Shown: positions 25,502 through 38,600 of the stretch, in pieces | Position numbering within the stretch: position 1 is the stretch's first letter | Layout: each line of letters begins with the position of its first letter | Source of the DNA: Malacoraja senta | Taxonomy: Eukaryota | DNA length: 64,000 nt | Reading direction: 5' to 3' | Assembly: GCA_038087875.1 (NCBI GenBank) | Contig: CM075998.1 | Coordinates: forward strand, 4,652,001-4,716,000 | Translations under genes and position numbers: made by a program | Notes under the pieces: model-generated | Database searches by the model: none | What the model saw: only the letters and a program-made list of their open reading frames with translations | What the model was told of the DNA's origin: nothing

Positions 25502-26509
25502 GTTTACAGACTATAGTCTATTCACTGCGCGCAATTACATTTTGCAAATGAACTTGCTCAATCTTTTAGAATTGTACCTGCATATGCTATGACATGCGAA
25601 ACATGAGCGCAAGAATTGGCTGCTATTTATTGCATTAATGACGATCGCAAGAAAGCTAACAAGTCGGCAATTTTTCAGAATTTGCAAAAGCTGCCTGTAA
25701 AAGTTCCAATGAATAACTTTGTTTTGCTGGCACTCTAACTTACAATGACCACGAAAGAGCAACCAAAACCTAGCCATCAACAGCGGACCTGTGTCCTGTT
25801 CACTTCAAGCTCTCTTTTTTCCTTCTCTTCCATTAGTGAGCACTGACAGGTGCTTTGAGAAACTGACCAAACAGTTTTTGCAAAAAAATTAAATTGCGTA
25901 ATGGGTTTTTTGTGCCGTATCACAATTCCTGTTTTTGTTCCGTCCGATGAGATGAAAAGCATGGAAGCCATTAGCATGCACACAGCAGTCCAATGTCATA
26001 CAACACTTATTGTAACATCACTTGTGCACTCTTATACTTTGCACTTATGGCTTGCAAGTAATGTGCGCCTCGCACATTGAAGTAGCCCTAACCAGTAGAT
26101 CGAGGCCTGCTTTGGCAATTGTTAAAGTGGACCCAACCTTATGCTGTGGTCACCTGCCCTATCTCTGCTTGTTACAATTTCTATAGTTTCTGTTCCACTC
26201 ACAGCTGGAGAGTTTCAACTTCATATCTGGATTAAGCAATATTTTTGTACGCGTGTTTCAGATTAACAAATCATTCTGCAGTTTGATATGGGATATAAAA
26301 ATAATTGGTGCTCATAGAATATTGGATCTTGTATCCATAAAAGCAAAAGGCCAGAGGCTTTGGGCTTGATGCGACTGATTGCTACAATCAGTAATAGGAA
26401 ACAGAATAATAGATAGTAGATCACAGGAGAAGTATCAATAAAATATAATGTACAGCAGAAGTGCCGATGCATAAATATTTAATAAGTAGAGAACTTATTC
26501 AATCTGCAG

Positions 26510-26658
26510 GGAGTTGTCTGCGGATGACCAAATTTCCCTTCTGAAGTCAAGTGCAATTGAAATTATTATGCTGCGATCAAACCAATCCTTCACATTAGAG
26601 GATATGTCATGGAGCTGTGGAAATGAGTTCAAATATAATATAAATGACGTCACCAAAG
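26510..26658 (+). CDS. VDR: Vitamin D receptor exon (helices 4-5, beta sheet)
   Basis: ctgcag|G GAG TTG ... [49 protein letters not shown] ... G|gtaagc; phases consistent with flanking exons. Confidence 0.97.
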
Positions 26659-28019
26659 GTAAGCAAGGACATAAAACTGTATTTATTCTCCATCTTCCAT
26701 GTATGACTGCAATTTAGCTTTATAGCTTCTGGTAAAACCACATGCGAAGCACTGGCAATGATGTTAGAATGTGCAGTGCCACCCATGCTCTCCTCCCATC
26801 ATTGTAATGCCTGAGGGCATCCGCCATTCTTGTTCACTTCCCACTGAGTAAAGGTTGGTGTTTAACCTATCATTGTCAAATGTCCCCGATCATTTACAGG
26901 AGGTAATTTGATTAATCAAACCTAATATTAAATATTCCGTTAATTTAACTTGGCTTGGCTTATTTTCTCTGTCGCAATTTAATACGTGTGCAAGGGACCT
27001 GAGTTTAGTTTTAGTTTTGTTTAATGTCACGTGTACCGAGGTACAGTGAAAAGTATTTGTTGCGTGCCAACCAGTCAGCGGAAAGACTATACATGATTAC
27101 AATCGAGACATCCACAGTGTACAGATACATGATAAGGGAATAACGTGAATAACATTTAGTGCAAGGCAAAGTCCGATCAAAGATAGTCCAAGGGTCTCCA
27201 GTGAGGTAGATAGTAGCTCAGGACTGCCCTCTAGTTGTTGTCTCTAGTTGTTCTAGTTGAGGGAAAACAGGCATGACATGACCCCTCTCAATAATCAAGC
27301 AAAAAATGTATATAGTAATGCAAAGTTGTGTATCGATGCTCACTCATTCAACGTACGCATGCATGGACCTCTCCAAAAGCTGCAAAGTTAAAGTGTTGCC
27401 CAGTTCGTAATAAATAATTAATCTGCTGCAGATTTGTGACCAGTCTCTGCTCATCAAGGCAAGCAGACAAAAGGTATGGGGTCTAATTTCCAGTGGTAAC
27501 GGCTCCCAGTTGTGAAGGCTTTCAGTCCGAAAGATCCACCCACTTGCTGTGGAAACACAGTTTCTTTGATCTGAACTGGACCATGGGCAAAACTCAAGCC
27601 ACATTCTTGGGTGCTAGTCTAGGTAGGCAAGTACACAATGCACACCCAAGCCCCCAATTCTCATGGGATAGTTCATGATTATGCTTGATGTGGGCATAAT
27701 CATTTCTTCTGCCCCAAACCCAATCTCCCAAACACGTCCTTTGCATAAAAAGGGATGGAAACGACATAACTTTGGAGTCGTCATTTTTGTGTGTCCCATG
27801 GACATGCAGTGGAGGAAAATGTGGCCATGTGCTTTTTGGGTCACACGATAATAACAGTGATCAATCTTGTGCTCTGTTTGAGGAGAATTTCCTTTGATCG
27901 TTGCTTGCAGCAAGATCAGAAAGTGGTTCTAAAAAAAGGCCTGGAATTAAAATAACAAGTGCAATGGCACATTAATGAGGCAATGCACTGTGGGCAAGGA
28001 ATTTGTTCAAGGCTTGTTC

Positions 28020-28345
28020 AAGTGGGAGAGTCTAGGACCAGAGGCCACAACCATCAGAATAAAATAATAAAAGGACGTACCTTTAGAAATGAGATGAGAA
28101 GGAATTTCTTTAGTCGGAGGGTGGTGAATCTGTGGAATTCATTGCCACAGACGGCTGTGGAGGCCAAGTCAAGGGATATTTTTAAGGCGGAGATAGACAG
28201 ATTTTTGATTAGTAAGGGTGTCGGGTTATGGGGCGAAGGCAGGAGAATGGGGTTGACAGGGAAAGATAGTTCAGCCATGATTGAATGGCGGAGTAGACTC
28301 GATGGGTCGAATGCCCTTATTATACTCCTAGAACTTATGAACTAA
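28020..28345 (+). mobile_element. CR1 LINE 3' fragment
   Basis: ESRTRGH...FFSRRVVNLWNSLP plus 3' UTR. Confidence 0.85.
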
Positions 28346-30796
28346 AGTTGAGCTGGTGGTCAGGGTGAGCATTAACGTTGGAGATCAATGGGGGAGGGGG
28401 CGTAGATTGGGCCTGGTGAGTGGTTGGGTTGATCAGGCAGCTGATTGCCGGGGTGGGGGGATGTTGCAATCTGGCTGAGTGCTGTGAAGATCTGCTTCAG
28501 CATTGTCCTTGTTTGATATGGGGATCTCAAGTCCAAGAATCACTTCCATGAAGGATCCTGAAGGAAAATGATTGTCTTCACAGTATGTGCTGTAAGTCCC
28601 ATGATTTTTCATTGAAGTAGAAATGCATGGTGCACATCAACATTGCACTACCAGATCAAATTTCTTGCCACATTTCTAATTTCAATGCAAATACCAGGAG
28701 GATGAAATCTCCCCTCACTGGGACCAACCCAAAGTATGAGCGTCAAATAGGAATAGGCTCAAATTAAGATTTAGCACTCTCAGATTTTGCATCAGCTGCA
28801 AGGTATGCTTCGTTTTGTGCATTGACCGCAAAATAAGAGCTGCTGTATGGAGTCAACGTGTCTGCTTGTGCAAAATGCAGTTTTAAATTAATGCTTGCTG
28901 TCGCTTAAAATCACATCTTCATTGGTTGTCCCCTTAGTGCCAAGGTTCAACGCTGATTGTTCTTGAGTTTATGCAGTGTAAACGCATTTTTCTGTGCTAT
29001 TCAGTCAGCCTAAACAAATCCATCCTCAGAGTTGACCAATGCTGTATGCTCTCTTGCAGAAACCAGTGCAGAGCAAATGCTGGTCCTTAACTGGAGAATT
29101 TATTGGAATCTTTGAGGATGTGTTCTTGAGAAAGCTTGGGAAAATCTGCCAGAGAGCATATTGGTTAAATTGCTTGAGCCGCATGGTAAACAGCTATGAT
29201 CCGAACTGCAAGGGAACTAGCAGGACATACAATGGACAAGGGCATCTCTAGCTATTTACAAGCATTTGACATTGGATTCTTCCTGAAAAGAATAGTGATT
29301 AATTGCATAAATACTTTTTCAGGCCAAAGCTACAAATGCGCAAATGCTTAATAGAATTGTGCTCAAGCGCTCTGATAATGGAACCAGAAATCTCTCAGTG
29401 CGCTATATGGAAAGTAGTATGGGGTCTCTTGTGCAGCGACCCTGATTATTTCAATAGCATGGACAACATTGCAGCAGATACTCTCGTTGGCCTCACAAAA
29501 AATCTGCCAAGTGATAGTTCATTGTTAGCTCCTGGACTATCAATAGTCAAAGACATGTTTGCCTTGACAGATCACAACTAGTCCAACTGTTCCCTTGAAA
29601 GATGCTGGTTGTGTGACACTGGACTTTGTGTAAATTCAAATATCTTTGTTCTAATTTCCCCTTCCTCAGTACCCACGGGTTAGTTAAAAGGAACAAGTCA
29701 ATGGAAGTTAAGTAATTCCTTCATTAACTCCCCCTAATCAATGGTTCACAAAATCAAGGGAAAATAGTAAATAGAGGACACCAATTACTTGAAAGCGTTC
29801 GTTCATCTCTGGAGCATCTGACCCCAGAGGTATTTCAATTCATGGAGTGGTTAATAAAAATGATAGCTATTGCATTAGAATTGGGGGGGTTTTAAGGGAG
29901 GTTTTACAGAGTTAGTCCTTGCAGGTTGTAATTTATGTGATGTTCTCAGTGGGAAATCCTTAGGATTCACTCAGTTCCCGCTAAAAGTTGTTCTTGCCTT
30001 TGAAGAATCTCTTTGAGTTCATTGTGTACCATATGAAGTAATCTCAGAAGGCTTGAGTTTGTTTGTTCATTGGCTTGAAGACTGAAGGCATTTTATGACA
30101 CCTTCTTGTGACTTCTGATTAGCATTTGCAAGGATGCCATGCAGATTAATCCTCACACCTTCTGCCAAGTGCTTCTCTCTACTTGTCGTTGCTACATCTG
30201 TATGTAGCCTCCAGAGATGTCCACATTCATAAACACCACAGCTTTGTTATACTCCAATGATATATAGAAAAATAAGAAAGAAATAGGTATTTAACCAGCC
30301 TTAAAGGGCATCCTCTTTTTTTTGGAAGTGATTTGCACACTCTAGACATGTCCCTTCTGTCCACTAACATCTAAAGGTATAATGGTTTTAGAACAGGGCT
30401 TGGTCTGGGTTTGCCAGCTGTAGATATGCATCTTAGTTTCACTTTAAGATGAAAACGAGCTGGCTTTGTACAATATTGGAGCAGCAGCATGGGTAGCACT
30501 GCTAGTCAACATCATGGTGCCATTTTATGTGCGTATTCAGCGTGTGGATCTATCAGGCTAGATTATACTCTTATGCCATCTGCAAGAATATAAATTACTA
30601 TTTGGTAAGAACTATTTGAGTCTCTACCGTAATGAGGAAGTAATAAACATCATATGCAAAATGATGTAAAGTTGGTGTTATGATTTTTTTTCCAACCAAT
30701 GTTTAATTTACAGATTTTTAGATAAATGTTTTTTAAACGAGAGTGTTTTTTTTTTAAAGGTTTCCAGAGAGATTTTCACTTTTGTATTCTTTCTAG

Positions 30797-30913
30797 CTGG
30801 CCATTCACTGGAGTTGCTGGAGCCACTGATAAAGTTTCAGGCTGGCCTAAAGACTTTAAATTTGCATGAAGAAGAACATGTTCTTCTCATGGCCATCTGC
30901 CTCCTTTCACCAG
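30797..30913 (+). CDS. VDR: Vitamin D receptor exon (helices 7-8)
   Basis: ttctag|CT GGC CAT ... [39 protein letters not shown] ... G|gtaagg; 117 nt. Not in the ORF track. Confidence 0.97.
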
Positions 30914-31137
30914 GTAAGGACAGCAGCAATGCGTCAAAAGGAAACACATTTCCCACTGTAAATGCAAGATGCGAGTACCCGTGACAATAATAAACCAATA
31001 ATAATAAAAAATAAGGACGTTTGGTATCCATGAAGATCACTTGTGCTAATGATCGCCAATCTGTACTGTCTTTTCGGTATTCGTCTTCGGATTGTATATG
31101 GCTGTACAATTTGTCCTAGGTTAAATGAGTGTGGAGT

Positions 31138-31635
31138 GTATATATATATTTTAAATTTCAAAATAGACTTTATTCAGGTAATAAATATATACAATACATG
31201 AACCGTGCGAAGAATTCATCCGACATTTTCGGAGGCTATACAAATTGTTCAATGCAGTTTATATACATTTCTCAAACTTCACAAATCTGTCCCCCACCCG
31301 TGCCACTCATGTGGCCCCCTGGCATGGGATACCTTCCCTTGTTTTTGAGGGGCGTCTCCACCATACCGTGCCCCCCATGTCCAGCAGCGGAAGGACCCTA
31401 GACTGTGGTCCTCCCCCACCGAGCCTTGGCGTTGGCTGCACCGAGCTTCAGTGCGTCCCTCAGCACGTACTCCTGCAGTCTGCAGCGGGCCAGTCGGCAA
31501 CATTCCCTGACGGACATCTCGCTCTGCTGGGTGGTGAACAACGCTCGGGCAGACCAAAGAGCGTCTTTCTCCGAGTTGATGACCCTCCAGCAGCACTCGA
31601 TGTCAGTCTCTGAATATGTCCCTTGGAACAGTCCG
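31138..31635 (-). mobile_element. Tx1/L1-clade LINE 3' end
   Basis: Minus strand GLFQGTYSETDIECCWRVINSEKDALWSAR...LQEYVLRDALKLGAANAKARWGRTTV-stop, AATAAA, (TA)n tail; 16-bp TSD TAAATGAGTGTGGAGT. Confidence 0.8.
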
Positions 31636-33001
31636 TAAATGAGTGTGGAGTATAGGGCAAGTTGTCAGCCAGGGTTTCAGCTTCTGTAATTGCCCAGGAA
31701 TAAACTGTTACCTTCATGCTGGTGATCTTGCCTTTGAGCTGGAGAATGGTAAAAATTAACCACCAATCTAGACAGAAAATAAATTAACACCCAATCTGCT
31801 TTTCCTGCACAGACCTCCAACAATGCCTCTTTTTCATGTAACAATAAAAAAGAACATGCCACCCGCTAACATTACTGAGTTGCCTTGTTTAATTTAAAGC
31901 TAATTTTCTACCTCCTACATTCCAGTCTTCTCGTAGCACTTCGAAGCCAAGGTTTCCCAACTGTGTCAATTTTGTGTCTATCTTCGGTGTAAACCAGCAT
32001 CTGCAGTTCCTTCCTGCATGTCTCCCAGCTCTCTCTTTCTTAAAAAAAACGGACTTCAGTGTCAACTGTGGGGTAACTTTTCCAAGCCCACTCACCCCCC
32101 CCCCCCCCACACACACAACCCATCCCCGTCAAGAAGAATTCAACTACATGTACTGAGTTTAAATGAACACAGTTGATGCTGCAGCAATTAATGTGAACGG
32201 TCACTGCAATGTCAAATTACCATTTATTATCTATAACAGTCGGGTGTAGGTATCCTGCCTGAAATGTAATTCACACTTGAAAGCCAAGTTGTCTGAATTA
32301 AGAATTATTTACTTCTGTGCTACCATTACACTTGGGTTTACCCGTAATGGACTGAAATCCAAGAACACAATGACAATAAAGTTGCAATTCTTGAGGATTG
32401 GCACTGAACACAATCTTCATCAAAACCTTTTTGGTGTTTTTACACTGTTCAGCGCGTTTACTGATCAGTCAAACGTTTGCCCAGCAAAAAATAAACATGC
32501 CCAGATAAAGCTGTTTACCTGTGGGAAAAGAATTCCAGTATATTCTCAGCCATCAGCATCCATGGGGAGTGTGAGGGTCCAGGTTTCATGAAAATTGCCC
32601 TCCAAAAAAACAACACAGATGTATTCTATGCATAAACCTTTAAATAAGTAGCAAAGCAATATGTCATCTCCTGACTCCTTTAACTAACAATGTTTTTGAC
32701 ACTACAATTCTATATTTTAAGGCCTGAATAATATTAATGCAGTAAAAATAAGTCAAATGAATGTCACAATGACTAGACCATAACACGGACCCAAATCTTC
32801 AAAGGGATATTGTTGCTAAACAGCCTACAAATTCACAGTCCTTTGTATAAAATAAATAACCTAACAATGTCTTTGCGCACTTATTTGGCATTACAGCTGA
32901 AGTAAAATTTATTACTCAAGCTTATTATAAAAACACATCAATGTTATGTCAATTTTGCAGAGATCTTGAGCATAGCCTAACCTAGGCTGGGCTACCACTG
33001 A

Positions 33002-33189
33002 GTTTTTAAGAAGGAACTGCAGATGCTGGAAAATCAAAGGTAGACAATAATGCTGGAGAAACTCAGCGGGTGCAGCAGCATCTATGGAGCGAAGGAAATA
33101 GGCAACGTTTCGGGACGAAACGTTGCCTATTTCCTTCGCTCCATAGATGCTGTTGCACCCGCTGAGTTTCTCCAGCATTTTTGTCTACC
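33002..33189. mobile_element. Penelope-derived short palindromic insertion
   Basis: Inverted arms; 15-bp TSD CTGGGCTACCACTGA. Confidence 0.8.
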
Positions 33190-34060
33190 CTGGGCTACCA
33201 CTGAAACTAAAATCACTTAATTCTAAATGTCAAAGAGACAGTGCAGTTTATCCAGCTATTCCAGCTGTCTGAAGAAGGGACCCGACTGGAAACATTGCCT
33301 CTCCCTTCCCTCCCTTCCCTCCACAGATGCTGCCTGACCCAATGAGTTACTCCAGCCCTTTATGTTCAATGCAATTTATTCACTGTGTTCTGGATACACT
33401 TTCATCAGGTTCAACATAATATTCATGAGTCAAAATCAAATACCGAGGAGATTTTGACTTACGAGCCTTCTTGAACAGATCCTTTATGTTCACTTGCTTA
33501 CATACCTTCCTTCTCTCATGCATAAAGTATGAATGATGCAGGTGAAACTGCATTACCAGCATGCCAAATTCAATTTTACATTTTGGAAAAAAATGTATTG
33601 AATTACTTAACAAGCTTCGGAATTTTTGCTGGGTGCACGAGAATTCCAGATGCATCAATGAGAGTTTGTTTCATATGTAAATTGTATCTTTCACAACCTT
33701 AATCTCAAGGCCAATTAGGTATTTTCAAAGGATCATTATCATGATTATCACATAATTAAAGAATCATAAAAATGTTACAGGGCACAAGAAGCTAATTCAA
33801 GCCATCAGGGCTATACTGGTCTTGAGAAAAGCTTGTCATTCATATTCCCAATCCCCTACTCTGGAAAGCCCAACATCCAATTTGTGCTCAGCAAGATAGT
33901 GCAGACCACAATGTGATCATGACTTGATAGTTGTTTCTTGATTAGTGCTTTTATGATGTACATTGGTCAGGACACTGGGCTCTTCTCTGAATAAGGTCAT
34001 GCAATCTTTTACATTTGCCTGAGAAAAGACATGGGGCCTCACTTTAACATCTTGTCACAT

Positions 34061-35222
34061 TAGAGACAATAGGTGCAGGAGTAGGCTATTCGGCCCTTCG
34101 AGCCAGCACCGCCATTCAATGTGATCATGGCTGATCATCCCCAATCAGATCCCCGTTCCTGCCTTCTCCCCATATCCCCTGACTCTGCTATCTTTAAGAG
34201 CCCTATCTAGTTCTCTCTTGAAAGTATCCAGAGAACCGGCCTCCACCGCCCTCTGAGGCAGAGAATTCCACAGATTCACAACTCTCTGTGAGAAAAAGTG
34301 TTTTCTCATCTCCGTTCTAAATGGCTTACCCCTTATTCTTAAACTGTGGCCCCTGGTTCTGGACTCCCCCAACATCGGGAACATGTTTCCTGCCTCTAGC
34401 GTGTCCAAATCCTTAACAATCTTATATGTTTCAATAAGATATCCTCTCATCCTTCTAAACTCCAGAGTGTACAAGCCCAGCCGCTCCATTCTCTCAGCAT
34501 GTGACAATCCCGCCATCCCGGGAATTAACCTTGTAAACCTACGCTGCACTCCCTCAATAGCAAAAATGTCCTTCCTCAAATTAGGGGACCAAAACTGCAC
34601 ACAATACTCCAGATGTGGTCTCACTCGGACCCTGTGCAACTGCAGAAGGACCTCTTTGCTCCTATACTTGACTCCTCTTGTTATAAAGGCCATCATGCCA
34701 TTCACTTTCTTCACAGCCTGCTGTACCTGCATGCTTGCTTTCATAGACCGATGAACAAGGACCCCCAGATCCCGTTGTACTTCCCCTTTTCCCAATGATG
34801 CCATTTAGATAGTAATCTGCCTTCCTGTTTTAGATACCAAAGTGGATAACCTCACATTTATCCACATTAAACTCCATCTGCCATCTGCCATCCGCCCACT
34901 CCCCCAACCTGTCCAAGTCACCCTGCATTCTCATAACATCCTCCTCACAGTTCACACTGCCACCCAGTTTTGTGTCATCTGTAAATTTGCTAATGTTACT
35001 TTGAATCCCTTCATCCAAATCATTGATGTATATTGTAAATAGCTGCGGTCCCAGCACTGAGCCTTGCGGTACCCCACTAGTCCCTGCCTGCCATTCTGAA
35101 AGGGACCCGTTAATCCCTACTCTTTATTTCCTGTCTGCCAACCAATTTTCTATCCATGTCAGCACTCTACCCCCAATACCATGTGCCCTAATTTTGCCCA
35201 CTAATCACCTATGTGGGACCTT
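34061..35222 (-). mobile_element. CR1 LINE 3' portion (RT C-terminus plus 3' UTR)
   Basis: ORFs 34830-35057 and 34145-34804 (LGPQLFTIYINDLD...KFTDDTKLGG; RPHLEYCVQFWSP...RTRGHSL). Confidence 0.93.
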
Positions 35223-35409
35223 AGTATCTTTGACAATACAATGTTCCCTCAAAATGCACTGGAGTGCCAGCCCAGAATATGTGCTCGAGTCCTAAGAATC
35301 AGACTTGATTTCACAACAGCCTGATTCAAGATTGCCACTATAATCTTGTGCATGCTTATGCCACTGTGAAATCAGTCTTGTGAGCTTTTGTTTGTGTCTA
35401 TGTTTTCAG

Positions 35410-35672
35410 ATCGTTCTGGATTACAGGACCGTGCTCGAGTGGAGCGCATTCAAGATAAGTTATCTGAGACTTTGCAGGTGTACATCCGGGTCAAGCATCC
35501 ACCCCCAGGTAATTGGTTGTTGTATCCGAAGATGATCCAGAAGCTGACAGACCTCCGGAGCCTGAGCGATGAACATGCCAAACAGTACCGGTCTCTGACC
35601 ATTCATCCTGCACATAACATGCAACTCACACCACTTTTGCTTGAGGTCTTCAGTAACGATGATGAGAAATGA
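35410..35672 (+). CDS. VDR: Vitamin D receptor last coding exon (helices 9-12, AF-2)
   Basis: tttcag|AT CGT ... [91 protein letters not shown]. Confidence 0.97.
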
Positions 35673-38600
35673 ATCACTGTCTTTCATTTCTAACTTGATA
35701 GGTTTGCACAGGGTAACAGGCTTGGTGGTGCACGCAGCATTTCCTTTGAAAATGTAAACTTCCAGTGATGAAGCAATTCTAAATCATTGCACCACTGATT
35801 TAAAGAGAAGAGGTGGGGTGGTAGTTGCCACCTGCACAGGTGCTGTATAATCTAAAGCCAGTAAAGTAATAATAGTAGATTTCCCCCTCACAGATATGTA
35901 CTATTTACCTCAACAAAACAAGAGCAATGATAGGAAATATTTTGAATATTAAATAGATATATGAATGTGCATAAATGACATATATCTGATATATTAACTA
36001 TTCACTTAATATGAATGCTGTGACCTATCATTGGCTGCAGCATGTAACAAGTGTGTGCAGTTATTGCCAGGGGGAAAGTTTACCATGAAATGAAAATACA
36101 AAAATGGCAGATGCTGTGGATCTGAAATAAAAACAGAAAATGCTGGAAAAGCTCAGCATGTCGGGCATCATCTGCGAAAAAAGGAGCAGAGTTAAAGTTT
36201 CAGGTCCAGAACCCTGAGCCAGAACATAAAATTACCCTTTTTGCCATCCTTGACTGTGTTGCCCAGACATTTTGGAAAGGAAAGATTTATTTTTACATAG
36301 ACATTGTTAATATTTAACTTTTTAGAAATGGCAAAGCATACGCTGAATACAGCAGAAGCATGTTTAGTTCTCAAGGAAGAGAACCAGCATTGTCTATCGT
36401 AATAGTGATGGTATGATATCTAAATATAGGTCATCCCGTACCATCACCCTATTTCGGGTATGGTGTGCGGATGTTGTCTAATTCGGTTGCGCAAATGCCA
36501 GGGATCAAAAGACCCCCCCCCCGTCAGGACTTAAATCTTACAAAGGAAGGAATGACAGTTCCCATATCTTAGCGTGAAACCACTGGTCTTAAGCCGTGAA
36601 GCACATATCGTAAGCCGGGAAAACCATCACAGAAAGCCGCTGCAAGCCATCTGTACGGTTCCATGCCTTGGGTATTGTGCACAAGGTAATGTGCAGCACA
36701 CCACTCACAGGAGGCCTGCTGCCTGCACAACTGTGGGGACGTTGGTAACCTGGCACGCCCGTCTGGGGGGGGCTTAATGTGCGGAGCTTCCCATTACAGT
36801 TCTCATGGTCAGGTAGGCGTTGCATGTCAGCCCAGGGATGGGTTCTCAGCCTTGCCACATCCGAGCCGTTTCCAGCAGGGACCTATCGAGGAGGTACGGC
36901 TCGTTGCGTGCTAGAACCCTGAGATACAATGCAGCTACATGTGGTCTATGGCCAACAGCCGTAGAACTACGGCCTCAAACATCTAGCAAGCAAGATCTGC
37001 CTGCACATCTGCCGTCGTCGTGAGTGAGAACCACAGCCACTCCCACCAGAGTGTGGCCAACCCCCCCTTAATCAATACAAGACTACTACAAGTATCAAGT
37101 ACAGCCTTGTACTATTTCTTCATGCCACAAAAATATACTTGCATCCACGTCTGCAAGCGTCAGGAGATGATGATCATTGGAGGTGATTGATAGAACATTG
37201 ATGTATTGGTCATTATCATGATCTCCACTACTGAAGTCCAAATTAAAGTATATTTATGTAATATATAAGAAAAAAAAGATATTTCCAATACTAAATTGAA
37301 AAATTATAGCTGAAAGCTTGGGAGTCTCTTTATGTCCCCTCAGCTCCCCAGTATAAACACCCTTCGGAAGAAGGACTTCAATAATTCTTTCATTAAACTA
37401 GATGTAAACAGATTATACCAATTTAACTTATTTTTAAATCAGTTCAAGTACTCGAACTGTGCAACAATATCCTTTTGCATTGAGGCTCTTCCCTAGCACT
37501 TTCTCATTCAGTCAGGGGAAACTTGAGGTTTTACACTTGCATTCAATCTGAATTATACATTACATTTCCAGATGTTATTTTATTTTTATGGGTCCCATTT
37601 AAAAAGTTCAATCTGAGGCTTCCTTATTTTCAAGAATCTATCCCTAGGATATTTTGGGTTCATTTTCCTGGTTTGTATTGAGTTGTTTGATTCCAGTCAT
37701 TGTAGGTACATTTGGCCTCAATGCCTCGTTTGAAGGAGGAGTAAATCAACATAATTGCCTGCTCCCTGATCAGTGTATGCTTCTGCTGGAAAAGCACGAG
37801 TTGCTGGGAGAAGACTCAATTTGGCCTGGCAGTGATATCTTTGTGGTAGAATTTCCCTGTTGATGTTCATTATTTGGGTTAAATAGAAAAGAACTATCAT
37901 TTGAGTTAGGTAGTGAAGGATCATAAGAATCAAGAATCAGGAGCAGAATTAGGCCATTCAGCCCAACAGGTCTGCTCTACCATTTAATCACGGCTAATCT
38001 ATCCCCCTCAACCCTTCTCGCCGTGACATTTGACGCCTTTACCAATCAAGAATCTATCAATCTCTGCTTTAAAAATACCCAATGACTTGACCTCCTCAGC
38101 CATCTATGAGAATGAATTCCACTTCATCGAACTTGGTCTCTCGTCGCTGAGGCAGTAGCTCTCTCCCAGCTGCACCACTGTACCGTCTTAAAAACATTAT
38201 ATAAAAGCTAGTGACAATAAGAAACAGCAGATACTGGTTCATACCAAAAATAGACACAAAATGCTGGAGTAACTCAGGCGGAAGGGTGAAGGGTGTGTGG
38301 AACTGTTACCCCCTTGTGAGTTAGAAGAACGCTCAATGCTCCACTTTCCAATTATCGGAGATTTCATTAATATTTAGATAATTCTCTTATTCTGGAGTTT
38401 AGAATGAGATGGAAATGCTGCAGTGACATCAGGCTAACCTGTCAAACAGATTGTGACCGTATTGCCTATATATATATATATATTGCACAATATGCACATG
38501 CTCTATATGTTCACAAAACAGTTGTAATACCGAGGTTTGTTTGTGAATAATTCACTGTCTATCTCACCCTATCAATCAGCCAGAGTTCCTGTGCAGCCTC

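Noticed and set aside
36590..36830. Group I intron or telomerase RNA as the identity of the GC-rich island
   Set aside because: Motifs loosely resembling P/R/S are in the wrong order, and no CTAACCCT template is present.
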